Assembly: GCA_030704615.1 (NCBI GenBank) | Contig: CM060732.1 | Coordinates: 73,842,001-73,906,000 of the forward strand | Source: Takakia lepidozioides | Taxonomy: Eukaryota; Plantae; Bryophyta | DNA length: 64,000 nucleotides | Direction of reading: 5' to 3' | Part shown: in pieces, positions 50,643 to 64,000 of the stretch | Numbering within the stretch: the stretch's first letter is position 1 | Layout: each line of letters begins with the position of its first letter | Notes under the pieces: model-generated | What the model was told of the DNA's origin: nothing | The model's database searches: none | What the model saw: the letters and a program-made list of their open reading frames with translations, nothing else | Translations under genes and position numbers: made by a program

Positions 50643-51926
50643 ATCCATGGCCGCTCTGGCAGTTTAGCCATTTCTCCAAGGGGTTTAGCCACGCCAAGCT
50701 AGGGTTTGTGTCTCTTGGACTCTAGGCTTCTTTCCATTGAGCTATGGCGGCTGTGAGGAAATCAACAAGGTATTCTTGCTCTTTCGGCTCCCACACACCA
50801 CCATAGTAGCCCTAAGCCATGAGGTGGTTGCCACAAACCAAGCCTTCTTTCTCACTTAGCCTCCCCAAACACGCCACTAAACTCAATGGCAAACAACCAA
50901 GCCCTGCTGGTTCCCAGCCCTTGTGAGCACTCATTCAAGCACTCTCCTTGGCCATAGCATCTGTCTTAGAGCCTATTCCAGCCCCCTACACCTGCTGCTT
51001 CAAGAGTTGCGCTCCCTTCAAGCTTGAAGTTGAAACCCCAACTCACACAGGCCCTACAAGTGCTTTTCTTTCACTCCAAGTGGAAACCAGCCCTAGACCT
51101 TCCATTCTAGCTCTCTAAAGCTTGAAAACAAGAGCCTCAATGGGCTGAAGGCATGCTCCACACATGCCCCACTCTCACCATAAGAGAATCAGCTCTTTTG
51201 CTTCATTTCTTGTACCCACAAACCTGAAAATACAAGCTTCAGCAGGCTGAAAACATGCTCCACATGCCCTACAGGGAAACCAGCCCCTTCCTTCCTTTCT
51301 TGCTTGCCCTCCAAGCTTGAAGATGGAAGCTTCAATGAGTTGAATACATGCTCCACACATGCAACCTCTTCACACAAGAGATATCAGTCCCATATCTTGC
51401 CTCCTTGGCTCCTTGATGTTCTCTAAGACAAGACTAAGCACTCCACAGCCTTTGCCAAGCTCCTGAAACCCTAAGGCTTACATTTCCAGCCACAAGACAC
51501 TTCTCTTGTGGTGCAAGAGCTCTTCTTCCAAGCTCTGAAACCCTAGGTGCACATTCCATGGCCTTGCCGCACCTCTTAGCTCCTGTTCCAGCCCTGCTCT
51601 TGACATGACAAGAGCCCTCTCAATGCTGAAGCTCGAGATTGAAACCCAATCTCACCATACTCCACAAAGTGCACTGATTTGCCCCAAGCCAAATCAGCCC
51701 TTTCGCTTGGTCTTGCAATCCTTCACACAATGAAAGCTCGCATTCCCAAGTCCAGTTCTCAGCTTTGCCACCAAAGCCACTGTAACCTGCTCTTGACTGA
51801 TCATCTTCCCAATCGTGCTTGCTCATGCATGTACACAATCTGAAACCATCAAGGTGCTCTGGAATTACCTGCAGCATGGTGCTTTCATCTCTGAAGCTGA
51901 AGATCGAATGCCAAGGTCTACCACCT

Positions 51927-52456
51927 CGTAACCCACATTGCCTCCGCTTCTAACAACCAAGAGCTCCACGGTGTTCCTTGCATAACAACTTGGTTTTTCT
52001 CGTTCTTAAGCAAAAACCACAAGTGCTACAACTAACTCGTATCTGGCACTCACAGATACGAGCTCATCTTTCTCGAGTGATAAAGAAGAAGAATACAAAC
52101 ACGAGCTCAAAAATCTGAAGCATAAACTCATGCATATATAACCTCATCACTCAAATACAAGTCAAGCCAAGTGCACCCTATGCCATGGGGAATCCACACT
52201 ACGGCGCCATAGCTAGGCGCGGTGAGGCTCAACTCGAGAAAGATGAGCCTCCCGCGCTTGCCGTGAAGATAACCACTCCAGGGCCTAAATGTGCCTTGAC
52301 CCCTGGATTGATACTTGGGCCAATCCCAAATGTCAATATGTAAAAGCTAGCTATTTCCTAGCTAGTTTCACACTAGTGGTAAGATAACTTGACAGATTTA
52401 TGAGTATATATATATATTGAGTATATATACATATATACATATATATGACTGGGACA
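51927..52456 (-). repeat. Putative 5' LTR of the DNMT-carrying element
   Basis: Minus strand starts TGTCCCAG beside a (TA)n tract and ends GGTTACG, followed by a TGGTAGACC PBS-like sequence. No partner LTR in the window. Confidence 0.55.
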
Positions 52457-52879
52457 TATATATATATATATATAGGTCATAGGCTGTGTTTCTCTAATGT
52501 GCTCCCGCTTAGAATCTGCTCACGCTTAGTGTGCAAAGCGTGAGCATGCTCACGCTCTACAAACTGCCTTCATTACAATTTACTATGCCTCCAAATTGAT
52601 TGCTCTGGTACAATGAGTAGTATACATTGGCTCCCGGACGTTTAAAGACCGTTGAGTCAATTGTAATCAAGGGGGATGTGCTCTGGTACAACTATATACT
52701 ACAGTACATATTATGGCACAGTAGTACACTGGCTCTACAAATTGCCTTTATTACAATTTACTAAGCTTCCATATTGGTTGCTTTGGTACAGTGAGTAGTA
52801 CACATTGGCTCTTGGTACATTCAAAGACCATTGAGTCAATTGTAATTGAGGGGAATGTGCTCAAAGTGTATCCAACATC

Positions 52880-53800
52880 ACCAATAAAATATCATTTCCC
52901 TTACTTCCACTCCTTGTATGCTGCGGATAGGCCCATTTAATCTTTGACCACTTTCAACGAAGCTGATAAAATCCAGACCTCAAAAACACCCTTGCATCAT
53001 TAACAGAACCTAAGAAGCTTACAAATGTGTCTAAGAATCACATGCTTGAATCACATATGGTTTGTAAAATCATAGAATAATTGTGATCTCGCGGGTCAAC
53101 CAGTTTGTACCTCTTTGGTTGGTAGACAAATCAAGCAATATGTGGGTGCAATCAATTGCTCCACAACATTGCGGTGTGCCATAAACACCTTCAAAACCCT
53201 ACTTTACCAATTGAAATCCCTCACTATCAGGCCACTTTAAATGGTGTTGACCTCGACGTATTAGTGCCTTCGTAAACGCCACATGATTTTGGAGGCAGTA
53301 GAGTCACTCACCCCAAACATCTTACCCACACTCAATAGTGAATCTCTAGGTTCCTGTCTCTGAAGCCCTAGTGCCACCTGCTTGGCTACACTCAAATATC
53401 TGTCTTCGATCTCTCGAAGTCCATGAGGTGGTTTTCTCAACAAATCGGGAGTGAGTAGACCACAAATGTACTGGAAAGTTGGACAGATACACTAAACAAT
53501 CTTCGGAAGCGCTCCTCATCATCTCTCATGACAACGTCGACAAATTGATCCCACCAATGGATTAAGCAAGGTTTTACATACCATGGTCCACAATCTATTC
53601 CCAGTAATGTTGATTTTGTGAGCAATTCTTCAAATGTGAATGCAACAATTGCCTCCTCATCTTCTTGAAGTGTTGTGATAGTTGGAAGTGAAATATTGAC
53701 AGCAAATCGATTATTTGATGTCCTAACCATGCCCAATCCTTGTTGTAAGTAGCCACAGCTCTGGAAGCGCCTACCAATGAGGCTTGCAATGATCTCTTTC
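52880..53800 (-). pseudogene. PIF/Harbinger DDE transposase remnant
   Basis: WWD...FRRLF...TFQYIC...LSVAKQVA...FGVSDSTASKI...KWP...CCGAIDCTHI (HARBI1-like), convergent with the Myb ORF. Confidence 0.85.
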
Positions 53801-55469
53801 GTGAATTCATGAGTTTTCTCTGAATTGACTAAGGGAGACGTACCTAAAATGGTCACTGACCTTAAATGGACACCTATGTTTTGACCTTAAAGTGACAATG
53901 CCTTTACATTATAGTGACATTAAGGAAATGGGACCACATTGAGGGGAATATGTGACCGATTTAGGATCAAAGAGGGTTACATATATGTTAATCATTGGGA
54001 TTTTTTGGACAACGGGCTAGGAGTTTAGCTCGAGACAACATCTGGTTAATGCAATATCAAGTACACTTCTGAGGGCTAAACATATTTATTAGGGTGATTG
54101 GTCAATTGATGGTCTTTGAGCCTAGGCCTTACCGGATGTTAGCTTGGATGTTAGCTAGGATATTTTAGAAAAAGCTCCCTCATGCGGGGCCGCAGAATAA
54201 CATTGCATGATACATTAACTCTGTTGGGCCACATTGGCCATTAATGATGTCCATTTAAGGTCTAACCATATTCATAAAAAGCTATGTTCATGTCTACTTT
54301 ACGACCAATTAAAATTAAAATTGGATCACAAAGTAACCATAATGGGATTATTTCTGTTTGCTTTTGGGGGGGGCTTATGTGTCACAAATAAGTGTCAACG
54401 AGTCCAGACTTTGAAAAATCATATCTATTTCATATTATCACTATAATTGGGTCATATTTCTTTTTTATTTGCTAATCCATAAAAATTATTTTTATATTAT
54501 CCTTGTCAAGTTAAATAAACACAGTGTGAAACTAACTAGAATAAATTTAGTTATTTGTATTTAACACTTGGAATTAGTTCAAGTGTTAAGTCAGATGTCA
54601 AGTTTAGCTTGACACCTGAACCATCTTATCTTCACAAGCTCGTCGGTTGTGCGGCTCATCTCTCTCGAGTTGAGCCTGCACGACTGACCGACCTCCATCG
54701 TTACTTAGCATCTTAGTGTACTTATGGAGGGAGAGTAGGATGTGGAGTCCCCATAGCTTGGGGTGCCCCTAGCTCGACTCTTATTTTAGCGAGTGATTGT
54801 GTTGTGTTACTGTGTCAAGGTTCGTCTCCCTTACGTGAAGATGGGATATAGAGCAGAGAATCTCTGTCGCGCGTGTGGAAGAAACCGGCAACGCAACCGG
54901 CTTATACCATGTGGCTACATGGACGGACCCGTGATCGTCAAGTCAACGGTCAGGCCTGGTCAAACCCATTCCAACGATGACATCATTGGAGGGGGTCGGG
55001 TCTACATGGAAACCGACTCTAAATGATACCCTTCATAAGGGTCTGGGTCCAGATAAACAAATCGTAATATGGGTAACCTTACCCGGATAAATGGTGTACC
55101 CGCTCAACACTGGTATGTACGCATATCCCAATAAGTTATATATATATGTCCTTCGCCTGTATACCAGACCAATTACACTGGTCTGTCCCCTGTTTATTTC
55201 AGTAAGAACCTATAATTAATTATATATATATATATACTCATAATTAACTAATAAATATTTAAACACTTAAAATATTAGTTTCTGTTGTTGTTAAGGTGCA
55301 CCACAGCTGTCCTAGCCATGCATAATCTGGTAAGCAGGATTTGAGCTCGGGATCACACGCGTGACACTAAGCGGCATACAAACTTTATTAATAATAATAT
55401 TACAAATATTAAGCGGATTATAATAACAAAAACAAATTTGCAAAATGGCGAGAGAAGAGAGGCCGCACA

Positions 55470-55470
<1 letters not shown>

Positions 55471-55500
<30 letters not shown>
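55471..55500 (+). repeat. (CT)n microsatellite in the F2KP 5' region
   Basis: Direct observation. Confidence 0.9.
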
Positions 55501-55505
<5 letters not shown>

Positions 55506-56695
55506 GTGTGTGGAGCTCCGAGGTCGCAACGCTGTGCATCGCATGATTGAGAACCAGCTCTCAGTTTCCCCTGCTTGTGTTTCGGTATCATTTCCATGGG
55601 TTTCTCATTAGTCTGTGATTCTGAATTTCCTCTGCGCCGAAACGCGCTGGGTGTGAGCAGTCATTCCTGAGTTTTTCATCAACAAGCGCAGGTGATTTGC
55701 TTGACGCCTCCAGGCTGGTCAGTTTCCACGCTCGCTTGATAAGCTAACTTGATGACTCTGAAAAATTATTTCTTGAGTGCGGGCGTGTGGGGAATGGTTA
55801 CGCAGAGTAGGCTCTTTTTATTTTGCTCTTTTCTCTTTACCTCTCTCTCCATCTCTCTGTCCTCGTTACCTAATTTGCAGAATAATTCAGTTCAGCTTCT
55901 ACATAACACGTATTTTTATGAGGGGGTCTGGTCGTATTGATCACTACATTGCCTTATTTGGAAATGCTAACAGAGCAGCTCGAGCCTGGTATGTGAGTGT
56001 ACTGAGGAGGTGCGTGTTCTGCTAGCTGTTGGAATAATTTCTGACTATTCGGACATTCAGACCTTCTCCATGGCTATTGTTACGATGTTGCCAATGCAGG
56101 GTGTATAAATTGCGATTTGACTTGTCGAAAGTTTGCTTTGGAGTTTGTAAGGTGTTGGACCTTTCCAAGCAGCATAAACATGCAGCTGTGCGCAAGCTGA
56201 TCATTCTTGCAGCGCTCATGAGTTAGAGTTAGAGGTTGCCAGCTCATTGTCTAACACATCAGAGAATCTACAAGCACCGGAGTATTGCATGTAGCTTACT
56301 TTTGCATTTGTATCAGGTATAGTGTTTGGAACCAGCATGAGAGTAAGGGGCTCACTATTTACTGATCGAATCCACCTATTCTCAGACTGACCATAATGTC
56401 AATTAGACGTATAGTTGGCGCTGATGGATGGTCATTGGAAAACCTACATTTGGTGTCGTAATGTGTGCTTTACAAAAGTCCACACGTTTCTCCCTTTAGT
56501 TTCTATTGGACAATATAAGTGCCAGATGCTGAAAGAGCTGCAGGATTCATCAGTTTCCACGTGTGGGTTGGGTTGCAGGCCTTCAAGGTATAGAAGATAT
56601 CATCAAACATAGCTCATGCTTCCAGCTATTTGCGCCTTTGTTGGGCAGCCAAAGAGTGTGCTATTTCTAGTCTTCTTGGAGAGAGGAAGGGCAGG

Positions 56696-63485
<6,790 letters not shown>

Positions 63486-64000
63486 GTGAGTTGCTGCAGA
63501 GAGTGTTGCTCCTCCCACTGTGGTTAAGATGTAAAGTAGCCAGAAGAACAGGAAGTGGGTAACGCACCATTTTTTGCACTCGATTCCACCCACTGCAAAG
63601 ATTGTGGACCCGGCTTCCATACAGGCTTCTGGTGTCAGGATGCCTGCTTCAATCTGCAGGGCCTCGTGCCTTTTGATAGCCACTTGCTTGGAAGTGGCAG
63701 AAATGGGCACATGCTTGGGACTCATCATACATGCCAACTGATGAAGTGTTCTGGTTGACTGCCACAATTTTTTGGTCATATGCAGATGAGAGTGTGCGTG
63801 TAAAGATCCAAAGCTGCATATAGTCCATTTCAAAGTGCAAGGGATGTTCCAGAAACAGACTTGTACTTATAAGGAACAATAACGCCAACCACATGTTGTT
63901 ACCACACACACACTCAGCTGCTGTTGTATGGAATGTCCCTCTCTGCATGCGCAGCCACTCATCCTTTGCAAGGGATACCCTTTGCTTGTATTTGTCAAGA

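Larger units (their letters stand above)
45075..52456 (-). mobile_element. Ty3/gypsy-type LTR retrotransposon encoding Gag-CCHC-protease-DNMT, truncated before the RT core
   Basis: Putative LTR 52456-51927 next to (TA)n, long leader with tandem array, gag (49405-48326), two CCHC-type knuckles, LLDSGA protease, C5-MTase domain, YRNYFAFSLKDLG pre-RT motif. Confidence 0.85.
42667..55112. mobile_element. hAT-type element with nested insertions
   Basis: TIR CAGTGTTGAGC(A/G)GGTA; 8-bp TSD GTTTGTAC / GTATGTAC (1 mismatch); GGGTAA subterminal repeats; inserted in an ATACCAGAC-repeat MITE (about 42266-55190). Confidence 0.8.

Noticed and set aside
52036-52260. Hammerhead ribozyme in the LTR
   Set aside because: The CUGANGA core is absent on both strands in a compatible stem arrangement.

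Overview
Eukaryotic nuclear DNA from a land plant, probably a non-seed plant such as a bryophyte (inference from gene content and TE types). The window is TE-rich. Host genes: ELIP (6850-7810, -), a mitochondrial ATP synthase 6 kDa subunit gene interrupted by a Ty1/copia insertion (9784-20900, +), an ELIP pseudogene (31258-32831, +), QCR7 (35417-37581, -), an intronless DUF2301 membrane-protein gene (38653-39600, -), and the 5' half of F2KP (56696 to window end, +). The rest is nested CACTA, copia, gypsy, LINE, hAT and PIF/Harbinger remnants. Most notable: (1) a decayed Ty3/gypsy-type LTR retrotransposon whose polyprotein carries a complete DNMT3-like C5-cytosine DNA methyltransferase domain between protease and the pre-RT region (about 45075-52456, -); (2) a tandem pair of 92-nt same-phase exons in the F2KP kinase domain that look mutually exclusive; (3) an LTR that supplies a new in-frame C-terminus and stop to the ATP synthase subunit gene; (4) a Pack-CACTA carrying three intron-separated RbcX exons; (5) a 2-kb inversion joining CACTA and gypsy halves reciprocally. 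All family assignments are by manual motif recognition; no searches were run.
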